The notes beneath the pieces were generated by a model that saw nothing but the letters and a program-made list of their open reading frames with translations, did not search any database and had not been told where the DNA came from. A stretch of 64,000 nucleotides of DNA, taken from assembly GCA_963843845.1 (NCBI GenBank), contig CAWJMB010000002.1:2752001-2816000 (forward strand), in the 5' to 3' direction. This document shows positions 46,798 to 56,595 of the stretch, piece by piece. This DNA is from an uncultured Gemmatimonadaceae bacterium. GTDB taxonomy: Bacteria; Gemmatimonadota; Gemmatimonadetes; Gemmatimonadales; Gemmatimonadaceae. The position numbers and the translations under genes were made by a program. Within the stretch, counting starts at the first letter, position 1. Each line of letters starts with the position of its first letter.

Positions 46798-46964
46798 GGG
46801 GACGGGTGGGTGCAGAGGGTGGAGACTCGGGCGGGATCTTGATTCCCCGCGGCGCGGCACGAACGGCTCGCGCGCGGGCCCATCGCCGACGTGAGCACAC
46901 GGGGGGTGAGACGACGCGCGCCATCGGCGCCGCCGGTGTGCGTCGCGCGGGGCGACGGAGCGGC

Positions 46965-49068
46965 TCAGAGAAGCCAGCGCGCGCTGCGCGGGGCGGCGAG
47001 CACCTCGCGGAGCGTCGTCACCACCGACGGGTCGCGCGACTCTCGCACGTGCTGCGGCCACCGATCCGGCTCCACGCGACGCACGACGGACAGCGCGTAC
47101 AGCGCGCGGACGACTCGGCCGCTCGACACCGCGGAATCGGCGAGCGCTTCGAGCGCGCCACGCTCCGCCGCGGGGTCACCGAGGAGCGCCAGGGCGGCGA
47201 GGCCGCGGGCCCACAACCGTTCGTCCTTGCTCGCGACAACTGCGCCGGGAGTACCGCGTCGCGCAGGCCTCCGCCCAGGAGGTCCGCGCCACCATGCAGG
47301 AACGTGAGCGTGCGCGCCGCGAGCTTCTCGGCGAGGTGTAGGAGCGCGTCGACCCGGTCGACCGCCGTGACCGCGGCCCGCCGCCCGTCCTCGTCGCTCC
47401 GGCGCGTGTGCGCGGGGTTCGCGAACCGGGTCAGGACCGTGGCATCGGCGAGCAGCTCCGGGCCGGTGCGCCCGTTCCGCTGGCCGCGGGGGATCCACTC
47501 CATGAACTCCTCGCCCGTGAGCAGCGGGCGCGGCGCCTGCAGGATCCGCGCGACGTCGCCGCCAACCGCGTCGACCGCCGCGACGCGCTCGCGAGCCACC
47601 TCGAGCGCCTCCGCCTCGTCCTGGGCGAGGTGCCGGCGCGTCTCCGCGATGCGGCGCACGTCCCACTCGAGGGTCTTCCACGCCGCGTTGCCCAGCAGGT
47701 GACGCGACGTCGCGAGCGCGTGCGCGTCGCGCTCGAGCACGCCCACGGTGCGGTGGACGAGCGCGACACGTACGGCGGCGATCGCCGCGACAACAGGGCT
47801 CCGTCGACCCGGCCGACAGGCGACCGGCCGCCTTGTACTCCTGGGCGAGCGCGTCGAACGTCTCGGCGCGCAGCGCGGCGCGGAGGGTCCGGTAGGGCAC
47901 GATCAGCCGGCGCGCGTCGTAGCCGCGGCGCGCAGGCAGGTCGTAATACGTGTGGGAACCTGGCACCTGCCCCACTTTGACAATCTGCTTGTGGACGCGA
48001 TCCCGCCCGACGATGCGGGCCTTGGGGGCCTGACCCAGCACGCGCCCGCGCGACGTACCGCGCTCGCGCAGCAGGGCGTCGAGCTCGCGCGCCCGCGGGT
48101 CGGCGGCGCAGGCGGCCGCCACGTCCTCCACGGTCACCGAGTGGCCCTCCGGCCAGAACCCCTTCGAGCGGCTGCGGTCGATGGTGATGTCGAGCAGCTC
48201 CGTCATCAGGTCGTGCACTGTGACGTGCCCGAGAGCCGCCGCAGCGCCGTGGCGTCCGTCTCGAGCACACGCATGACCTCCACCCAGTCTTCCAGACGCG
48301 GGTCGTCCGGGCGCGCGCGCCCACGGCGACCCAGCGGCGCCACCGCCGGCCGGCGCGAGCGCCGTCTTCAGCTCCGTTTTCAGCGCCGTCTGCGGCGGCG
48401 GCACGGGTGGTAGTCGGCGCACCGCCGGATGGGTGGTCGGACGTCGCGCTGTTCTCGTCGTCGGCGTCGACGCGACGCGCCAGCGGCACCGCCCGGGTCT
48501 CGAGCGCGGCGAGCCGCGTCGACATCTGCACCCCCTCGTCGACGGCGAGCGCCTCGATCGTGCCGCACACGCGCACCGTCACCGCGTTCGTCTCGACCGG
48601 CCCGCCGCCCGCCGCCGCGCTCGCGACCCAGAGCGCGACGTAGACGCGCGCGGGCTCCGGCCAGTCCGGCGGCGCCTCCTCGTCGCTGCCCATCAAGCGG
48701 TCCGTCAGCACGTACAGGTGACGGGTGGGCCGGCCCCCGCCACCCTGGTCGTCGGACGCGTCTGCGCCGTCGCCTCCGCGCACGGCGAAAGCGGCGAGCG
48801 GCTGCGCGACCGGCGTGACGGTCGACGGGACGAGCGCCCGGAGGTGGCGCGCGAGCGCGCCGGGGTGCGCGAGGCGGAAGCGCGGCTCCTCGCGCTGCAT
48901 GCGCTGGAGGTCCACCACGCCGAACCGGAGCCGCTCGCGACCGACGCGGCGGACGAGGTCGAAGACCGTCGATCGGTCCGCCCGTTCGCTGTCGGTCGCG
49001 GGCCAGGAACCGCGGGGCGCACGCGACGCGCGGCCCGGCTCCGCGCGGGAGCGCGACGGCGCCGTCAC
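46965..49068 (-). CDS. Large hypothetical protein (about 700 aa, frameshifted), fourth gene of the transposon operon
   Basis: GTG start overlaps the ATPase stop (GTGA 49065-49068). Protein-like segments run through successive frames. No TniQ-type CxxC cluster seen. Confidence 0.6.
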
Positions 49069-49931
49069 GCGTCCCCCTGCTTGCGGATCTTCTCGATGGC
49101 GAGGCGCACGTCGGCCTCCGACATCGCCTGCCCTCGCTTGAGCGCGAACTCGTGCGCGTTCGCGATGAGGGTGCACAGCCATCAGGAAGCTGCCGCCGGC
49201 CTCCGTGAAAAGGTCGAGCTCGAGGCGCTTCCACCCCTTCGCGGGCAACGCCTGCTGGAGCGCCCCGAGGCCGGGGTGGAACTGCGGGAGGTGCGGCGCC
49301 ACGTGCTCGGGGGCCATCGGGGGGAACACCACGTCCCCCGTGAAGCGCTCGCCGTCCTGCCCCGTCGCCGCGACGTTCTGCGTGAGCCCCGCGTTGCCGA
49401 CCAGGACGAACCGGAGGGTGTGCCCGCGCCGCGCAACGGCGTCGGGGATCTGGCGCAGGAGGTCGAGATTCGTGGGGTCGATCTGGTGCGCCTCGTCGAT
49501 CGCGATCACGCGCACGTTGTCGTCGACGGTGCGGTCGAGGCGATCTGCGCGATGAACTGGGTCGGCGTCCCAGTCCTGCCGGCTGCGCTTGCCCATGGGC
49601 CGCCCCGTCAGGGCGATGTAGATGTCCGTGAGCACGGTCTTCGGGCCGGTCGCGCGCGACGTCTCGTAGACGAGGATCACGCCGGGCTGCGCGCCGCTCG
49701 CGAGCTGCGCCTTGAGCTGCTCCGCCTCGAGCTTCTGGATGAGGCGGCGCACGCACTCCGTCTTGCCCGACCCGAACGGGCCGTGCACCAAGGGTGCTCT
49801 CGACGCCGCGCAGCGCGAGGCGCAGAACTGGTGCTCGAGCAGCGCGTGCACGGGGAGCGTGAGGAAGGGGGGCGAGTGCAGGGACCGTTCGGGTGCGCGC
49901 CGTTCGGGTTGGGCGGGATCGTGTTCGACAT
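49065..49931 (-). CDS. TnsC/TniB/MuB-like AAA+ ATPase
   Basis: VHGPFGSGKT Walker A, VIAIDEAH Walker B, LRQIPD, FVLVGN sensor, ERF arginine finger. Confidence 0.85.
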
Positions 49932-49950
49932 GGTGGGATCGGGAGAGGGA

Positions 49951-51074
49951 CTACTCGTCGTCGAGGAGGAGGAAGCCGGTCCGGCCGCCGAGCACCTCGA
50001 GGAGCGACGAGGACGCCGGGGATGCGGGGACGTCGAGCGAGGCGGTCGACGCCTCGTCGGGTCGGGTGGCGGGGGTGGGGGGGGCCTGCGAGGCCTGGTG
50101 GGAGACCGGGGTGGGCGCCCGGGCGGCCGGCGGCGTTCCTTCGCTGGGCACCGGCCGCCCACGAGCCACCGTACTGGAGGTCGAGCGCCCCCCGGTAGCC
50201 CGCCGGCCACCCGATCGGCGGGACGTCCGGTCGCCGGCCGCCGGCCGGTCGGCCGGCGGCCGCGGCGTTGTCCCACTGGCCCCGCCGGAGGACGCGCCCG
50301 CGCCCGAAGCCGCGTCCTCCGCTTCGGGTGCGTCGAAGGCCTCGACCGCCGTGCCGCCGGCGAGGTGCTCGGCGATCGCGTGCACCTTCGTCTGGGCCTC
50401 GCGCGCGGCCGCGTCCGAGCGGCTGCGCGCCCGGGTCCGGCTTGGCCGCCATCGGCGCTGGGTGCTCGCGCCGCTGCCGCTGCCGGCGCTCGGCCTGCTC
50501 ATCCGGAACCGCTCGAGCGCGGCCTGCCCGTGCACGAGGGTGAGTTGGGCTTCCTGGGCGGCCGTGATCTTGGCGCGGTACACCGCGAGGAATCGCTCCC
50601 GCTCGCGGAGCGCGGCGTTCACGTCGCGCTCCGCGAGACGCGCTCCCGGTCGCGCAGCCGCAGGCGCTCGACGACCTGCCCGCCGGCGAGGCGCTCACAG
50701 AGGATCACCTCCTGGAGAACACCACGGGCGAGGAGCGCCCGGTCGTAGCGGATGACGAGGTCGCGCCGCGGGGTGTTCGGGAGCCCGTTGATGTAGGGCT
50801 GGATGCGCTCGTGGGTGAACTGGCGGCCGAAGAACGCGATGCCCTTCTCGGTCACGGCGGGGCACGGGGCCTCCGTCAGCCACAGGCCCTCCGCGGTGCC
50901 ATCCACGTCGAGGCGCCGGACGCGGCTCAGGGCGTAGAACTGGAGCGGCGAGAACGCGACGCGTGCGTGCCCCGGGAGGTGCGTCGCCTCCTCGAACATC
51001 GGAACGGTCGGCGCGTCCTCGGCGCCTTCGCCGGCGCCGTCGTGGGTGTCGTCGTGAGGGACGGGCCGGGTCAC
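49951..51074 (-). CDS. Stand-alone protein resembling the Mu/TnsB transposase C-terminal domain plus a low-complexity tail
   Basis: VTEKGIAFFGRQF and LVIRYD motifs. GTG start overlaps the upstream stop. One frameshift near 50640. Confidence 0.65.
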
Positions 51075-52494
51075 GCGACACGCTCCGCGTCAGAGGCGTC
51101 TGTCTCGACGTCCGGCGTGAACGGGTGCTGGCGGGCGACGATGCGCTGGACCCGCCGGAGCCCCTCCTGGACCTCCGGGCTGTCGACCGGCAGCGAGACG
51201 TGCGAACGCTCGTTGTAGAGCGTCGCCCACCCCCAGATCGCGGCCTCAAGGTCCTGGAGCGTCGGCAGGGCCTCGATCGGCACCTCGCGCTTGTACGGGT
51301 CGTACTTGAGCGCGGCGAGGTTGCGCTTGACGTCGCGGTCGGCCGGCGCGTACGGGTCGAACGGGCGCTCGCAGGCGCTGTAGCCGGTCGGCAGGTTCTT
51401 GAAGACCTCCTCGGTGATCGTCCCGATGAGGCTCTCCACGTGCGCGCCGCCGCGCGGGTCGTTGTCCTTTCGCGGCACGACGTCGATCCCGAGCAGTCGA
51501 GGGCTTCGCGGAAGGCGCCCTGGTGCTCGGCGCCCTTGTCCATCGTGATCTCGTGCGGCACGTCGACCGACGGCAGCCCGGGGTAGTTCCGGTCCTGGTT
51601 GAGCGCCCGCCCGAGCACACCGAGGCAGATGCCGGAGTCGATCGCGTAGAGCGACAGGTTGAACGTCACCAACACGCGTGAGCCGACATCCTCGACCACC
51701 GTCAGCACGGGTCGGAACGGGATGTACACGCTGTTGACCCAGACCTTTACCCACGCGTCGGCGACGGTGCTGTCGATGGTCAGCCGGAGGCCGCCCGGGA
51801 AGATCCCGTGCGAGAGCGCCTCCTCGCAGTGGTCCCGGAACCAGGTCGGCCCCTTGCGCGCCAGGGCGACGAGGAGCGGCTCGCGCTGCTCGTAGGCCTT
51901 GAGCGCGCGGTAGACCGAGGGGTACTTGGGCAGCCGCGTCCCCGGGGGCAGCACGTGGGACAGGTGGTGGAGAATCCCCATTGCCCCCTTGCCCAGCAGG
52001 ACCGCCGCCTCGAAGTGCTTCGCCACGTCCCCCGTGACCGCTCGCGAACGGCCGGCCTGCGGGCTCGGCGCGTCCACGAGCGCGGCGAGGCCGCCGGCGG
52101 CGAGCCGGTGGGCCCACGTGTTGAGCGTGCTGTAGGGCGGGATCGCGGTCTTCGCGAACCCGTTCGCCTTCGCGTACAGCGCCGCGTACTTGGTCAGCTT
52201 GCCGCGCGGGCAGCCTTCGCGCACGAACCGCTGGACCCACGGGAGCTTCTCCCGGGTGGCCCGGAGCAGGAGGTCGCGCGGCAACTCGTCGAGCCGGCGG
52301 CCCGCACCGGCGTCGGCGGGCCCACCGCTGGCACTTGCGCCGGCCCAGGCCGGCCGATACCCTCCGGGGCGCCGCGGCGCCCCGGAGGCCCCGCTCGCCG
52401 AGGGGCCGCGGGTCGCGGAGGCGTTGGCGGGCGCGCCCATGTGCTTCTTGCGCTTGCGCGTGATGCGGCGGGACTGTCGGCGAGACGTGGCCAT
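51071..52494 (-). CDS. TnsB/TniA/MuA-like DDE transposase (HTH + catalytic core)
   Basis: HTH YSTLNTWAHRLAAGGLAALVD, LTIDST (D), RPVLTVVEDVGSR, ITMDKGAE (D), HVESLIGT (E), YNERSH. Confidence 0.88.
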
Positions 52495-53493
52495 GCGATG
52501 CTGCTCCGTGCGGCTGCGGTCGTGGGGCGTGAACTCGCGCCCGGTGGGATCGAGGGTGGGGGCGCCGCGCTGTCGGCGACGGAGCCCACCGCGGCGAGAG
52601 TCCGGCGGTCGCCGTCCTCTACCCGGTGGGCGCGGCCCGACGGAAATTCGTCCCGGGCCGGTGAGGACCCCTCGGTGAGCCCTCGAGCGCCACTCTACTC
52701 GACGTCGGCCTTGGCCTCCTAATGGCCGTCGATCGGGACCATCCAGCGTGTCGAGTCGCGCATCGCGATGGTCCGGCAGTCACGTCGACGTGCGGAAGCG
52801 GAGCTGCGCGCCGGGCATGGACGGCAGCTCCGGCACAGGGCACGATGACGGTGGACCGCCGGCACACAGGCGCCACGGGCCGACCCGCATCGCCCGTTGG
52901 TCGAGTGCGAGTCGTTCACGTCCGATGCGGGCGGCGGAGCCCCGCGCCGGCGCAGGCGGCACACCCGACGCCGCGGTGCGTGTGCCCGTGCCACCCCGCC
53001 GACCGCACCGCCGATCGGCCACCGGACCGACCGGAGGCGCCTGGAGCGCGGCCCTGTGCCGCCCCCCCACACCCGGAATCGCTGCCTCGATGCGCTGTGC
53101 GGGGAGCGCCTGGTGACCGGCATCGCGCAGTGGAGAGCACCCGGCGGCGGCGCCGCGATCGGGCGACGCGCGATCGGGATCGCCGCCATACGGGTGTGCC
53201 GGGGCGAGGCCCGGTGCCACCGCGACCGCCGTCGGTCTGGCGGTCCTGTACCCGCACCGTCGTCAGCGCGACCTGGAGCGAGGCGCCCGACGACGGCGGG
53301 CGGCACAGCGCTCGGGCTGCCGGTCGCACGCCCCGCCCGCGACGGAGTCGCCCGCACCAGTTCTCCATAAGGTCGGGCGCGTGCGGCTGTCACGCCGCGG
53401 CGTGCCGAAACGCGTCGCGAAGGCCCTCGGACGAGTTTCCGGCGCGCCGCGACCGCCGGGTAGTCCTGGCTCACCTTCAACCTCAGGTGAGTC

Positions 53494-55431
53494 ATGGCGA
53501 CCCAGATCACGCCCGCGTTCGACCTCCAGTACGCGATCGACTTCCACCGCGGCGCCGACGAGGCGCTGCGCGACGAGATCGCCGCCGTCGAGCGCGCCGA
53601 GCGCCGCGAGGCCGTGCCCGTCCACGACGGCCAGCGCGCGGCCGACACCCGCGGGCGACGCCGTGCGCTACCTCTTCCAGACCGAGAGCCCGGCGCGCGT
53701 GCAGGTCGGCGAGCGCGTGCGCTGCCAGGTCGACGGCGCGCCGCCCGTGCGCGCGACGGTCGTGGGCCACGCGGCACCGGGCCTGACGCTCGCGCTCGAG
53801 GCGGACCTCGGCCCCCGCATCGACGCCGCCGTCGTCCAGCGCGACGCGGCGTGGATCGAGGCGACGCTCCGGAGCCGGCTCGCCGCCATCGCCGGCCGCC
53901 TGCAGCGGGGCAAGCCCACCGGCCCGTTCTCGCCGGAGCGCGCGCTCGCCGTCCTGCGGCCCGAGGACGCGGCGCCGCCGCCGGCGTTCCGGCGGCTCCC
54001 GCTGCCCGACCACCTCCTCGAGGGCGCGACGGGCGTGCCGCTCAACGAGGAGCAGGTCGCCGCGGTCCAGCGCGTGCTCGAGCAGCCGATCACCTACCTC
54101 TGGGGCCCGCCGGGCACGGGCAAGACGTCCACGATTGCGGCGGCGATCGCGGCGCTGGTCGAGCACCGCCAGCGGATCCTCGTCGTCACGCCGTCCAATG
54201 CGGCCGCCGACGTGCTCCTGACGCAGCTCCACCCTCGGGTCGCCGACCACCCCTAATCGCGCGGGGGCTCGTGCAGCGGTTCGGGTCGCGAGTGACGGAC
54301 CAGCTCCCGCCCGCCCTGCACGACCTGTTCGTCCCGTCGGCGATCGGCGGCCGCCTGCGCGAGGAGAACGACGCCGTCGTCGCGTGGCTCGCGGAGGAGC
54401 GCGCCGCCGCGGCGAGCGCGGGCCGGGCCGCCGACGTCCACGCGCTCGACGCGGAGCTCGCGGCCCTCGCCTTGGAGCGCGAGCGGATCGGCGAGGACCT
54501 CGCACGGCACTGCCACGTGACCGTCACCCCGATCGCCAACGTCTATCTGTCGCGCGCGCTCTGGCGGGAGTACGACGCGGTGGTGTGCGACGAGGCGAGC
54601 ATGGTCGCGCTGCCCGCCCTCTACCTGGCGGCGGGGCTCGCGCGCACGCGGCTCGTCGTCGCCGGGGATTTCCAGCAGCTCGGCGCGGTGACGGCGGCGG
54701 ACACCCCCGCCGTCCGGGCCTGGCTCAAGCGGGACCCGTTCCGCGTCGCGGGAATCCCCGAGATGCTCGCGACCGGAGACACGCCGCCGTACGTGACGAT
54801 GCTCCGAGTGCAGTACCGCATGGCGCCCGCGATCTGCGACCTGGTGAGCGAGGACTACTACCTCGGACAGCTGTCGACGGCCCCCGCGCGCCGCGCGGCG
54901 GGGGCCACGCCGGTCCCGCCGCCCCTCGGGACCCACCCGGTCGTGCTGATCGACACGTCGCCGCTCGAGCCGACGACGCGGGGGCCGGACCGCGCCAACC
55001 CGGTGCACGCCCGACTCGTCGCCGCGCTCGTCGACGCGATCAAGGCGCCGCGGCCGGACGGGAGCGATGCGCGCGTCGGGGTGTTCACGCTCTATCGCGG
55101 CCAGGTGGCGGCGCTCCAGCGGGCCGCGTCGGGGCGCCGGCCCGCCGACCTCACGGCGACCGTTCACCGCGCGCAGGGGGGCGAGGTGGACGTGGCCGTC
55201 CTCGACCTCTGCGACGCACCCGGCGCCGGCGTGACCTTCCTTCGGGCCGCCGGCTGTTCCGAGGAGGGCGGGCGCCTGCTGAACGTTTCCCTGACGCGGG
55301 CGCGCCAGACCGCCGTCGTGGTCGCGAACGTGACGTACCTCGCCCGGGCCGGCGGGCCCGTGGTGCGCCGGCTGCTCGACCGGCTGCGCGAGACGGCGGT
55401 CGTGATCAACGCGGCGAAATTCATGGCCTGA
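53494..55431 (+). CDS. SF1 helicase, DNA2/NAM7(UPF1)-like (frameshifted)
   Basis: LNEEQ, WGPPGTGKT, TPSNAAAD, DEASM, GDFQQL, QYRM, TVHRAQG, LNVSLTRAR. Confidence 0.88.
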   Translation: MATQITPAFDLQYAIDFHRGADEALRDEIAAVERAERREAVPVHDGQRAADTRGRRRALPLPDREPGARAGRRARALPGRRRAARARDGRGPRGTGPDARARGGPRPPHRRRRRPARRGVDRGDAPEPARRHRRPPAAGQAHRPVLAGARARRPAARGRGAAAGVPAAPAARPPPRGRDGRAAQRGAGRRGPARARAADHLPLGPAGHGQDVHDCGGDRGAGRAPPADPRRHAVQCGRRRAPDAAPPSGRRPPLIARGLVQRFGSRVTDQLPPALHDLFVPSAIGGRLREENDAVVAWLAEERAAAASAGRAADVHALDAELAALALERERIGEDLARHCHVTVTPIANVYLSRALWREYDAVVCDEASMVALPALYLAAGLARTRLVVAGDFQQLGAVTAADTPAVRAWLKRDPFRVAGIPEMLATGDTPPYVTMLRVQYRMAPAICDLVSEDYYLGQLSTAPARRAAGATPVPPPLGTHPVVLIDTSPLEPTTRGPDRANPVHARLVAALVDAIKAPRPDGSDARVGVFTLYRGQVAALQRAASGRRPADLTATVHRAQGGEVDVAVLDLCDAPGAGVTFLRAAGCSEEGGRLLNVSLTRARQTAVVVANVTYLARAGGPVVRRLLDRLRETAVVINAAKFMA

Positions 55432-55742
55432 GCGGCACGCGACCATCGCGACGCCGGCCGATTCGACCACGCTCGCCAGATACGTCAGCGACGGCCGATC
55501 GCGCGGCCTTCGGGTTTCATTCGCGTTGTTCATGCGTTCGGACCGCTTCAGCTTGCAAGGCCTATCCCGCCGCGCGAGGTGAGTCAGACGCGTCGGCCCT
55601 GGTCGAACGGACGCCGACCCGCGTGACTCGCGTGACCGCCCTCCGCCCCAACCAGCGCCCCGACTCGCAGCGCCGTGGCGCCTTACGCGCCGACGGCGCC
55701 CGGAGGTACCCCGGCGTCGGGCGTCCCCGCCGCGGCCGCTGC

Positions 55743-56595
55743 GATGGCTTGGCTGGCGCCGGTCGCGGGGTTCCTGGACGCGTGGCTGGATCGAGCGGCG
55801 CACGGCGTCCATCCAAACGTCCAGCTACTGACCGAGCGCGAGTCGCAGCGCGACGCCGTCTGCGACGCATTGTGCGGGGTCGTCGACCATCTCGTCGGCG
55901 CGCACGTCCTTACCCGGATGAAGTTTCCGCAGGCGGCCGCGACGTTCGACTCCCGGATTCCGCGCGGAAGCCGCATCCGCTCTGGGGACCTGGCTAAGAT
56001 CATCGCGACGGAGTACGTGCAGGCGCACACGGAGTTCGCGGTGCCGCTCAAGCGGCTCCGCCACAAGGACGACCGCGAGATGTCGATGCGGGGCGACGAC
56101 ATCATCGGCCTCCACAAGTCGGGCGGAACGCCCACCGTGCTGAAAGCTGAGGTGAAGAGCCGCGCGACCCTGGCAGCCGCGGTCGTCGAGGAGGCGTGCA
56201 CCTCACTCGAACACCACCGCGGCCGACCCAAGCCGCAGACGCTCGGCTTCATCGCGATGCATCTGCGCTACACGGACCGCGACGCCGAAGCCGAACTGAT
56301 CGAGCACCTCCAGAGCGAGCGGCTCGGCGTCCGGGACATCGCGCATCTCGTGTTCACCCTGTCGGGGAACGATCCCTCGACGGCTCTCAGTGCCCACGCC
56401 GGCACGCGACAACTCATCGGCGACCGCCGGCTCGTTGGACTTCGCGTCGCAGACCACCAGCGCTTCATCAGTACGGTGTTCGACGCAGTGCGCGCGGGCC
56501 GGATTGCTCCCGCTGCCCCGACCGCGGCCGCGGTCCCGGCGCGGGTGGCCGCTCCCTCGGCCCCGGAGCCGCCCGACGATGCCGCAGACACTTGA
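55743..56595 (+). CDS. hamA: Hachiman HamA (DUF1837) nuclease
   Basis: RSGDL..I, P.KRLRHKDDREMSMRGDDIIG, AEVKSR. Overlaps a Ski2-like helicase gene. Confidence 0.8.

Noticed and set aside
46965..52494. CAST or Mu-like prophage
   Set aside because: No Cas effector, CRISPR array, recognisable TniQ or phage structural genes in the window.
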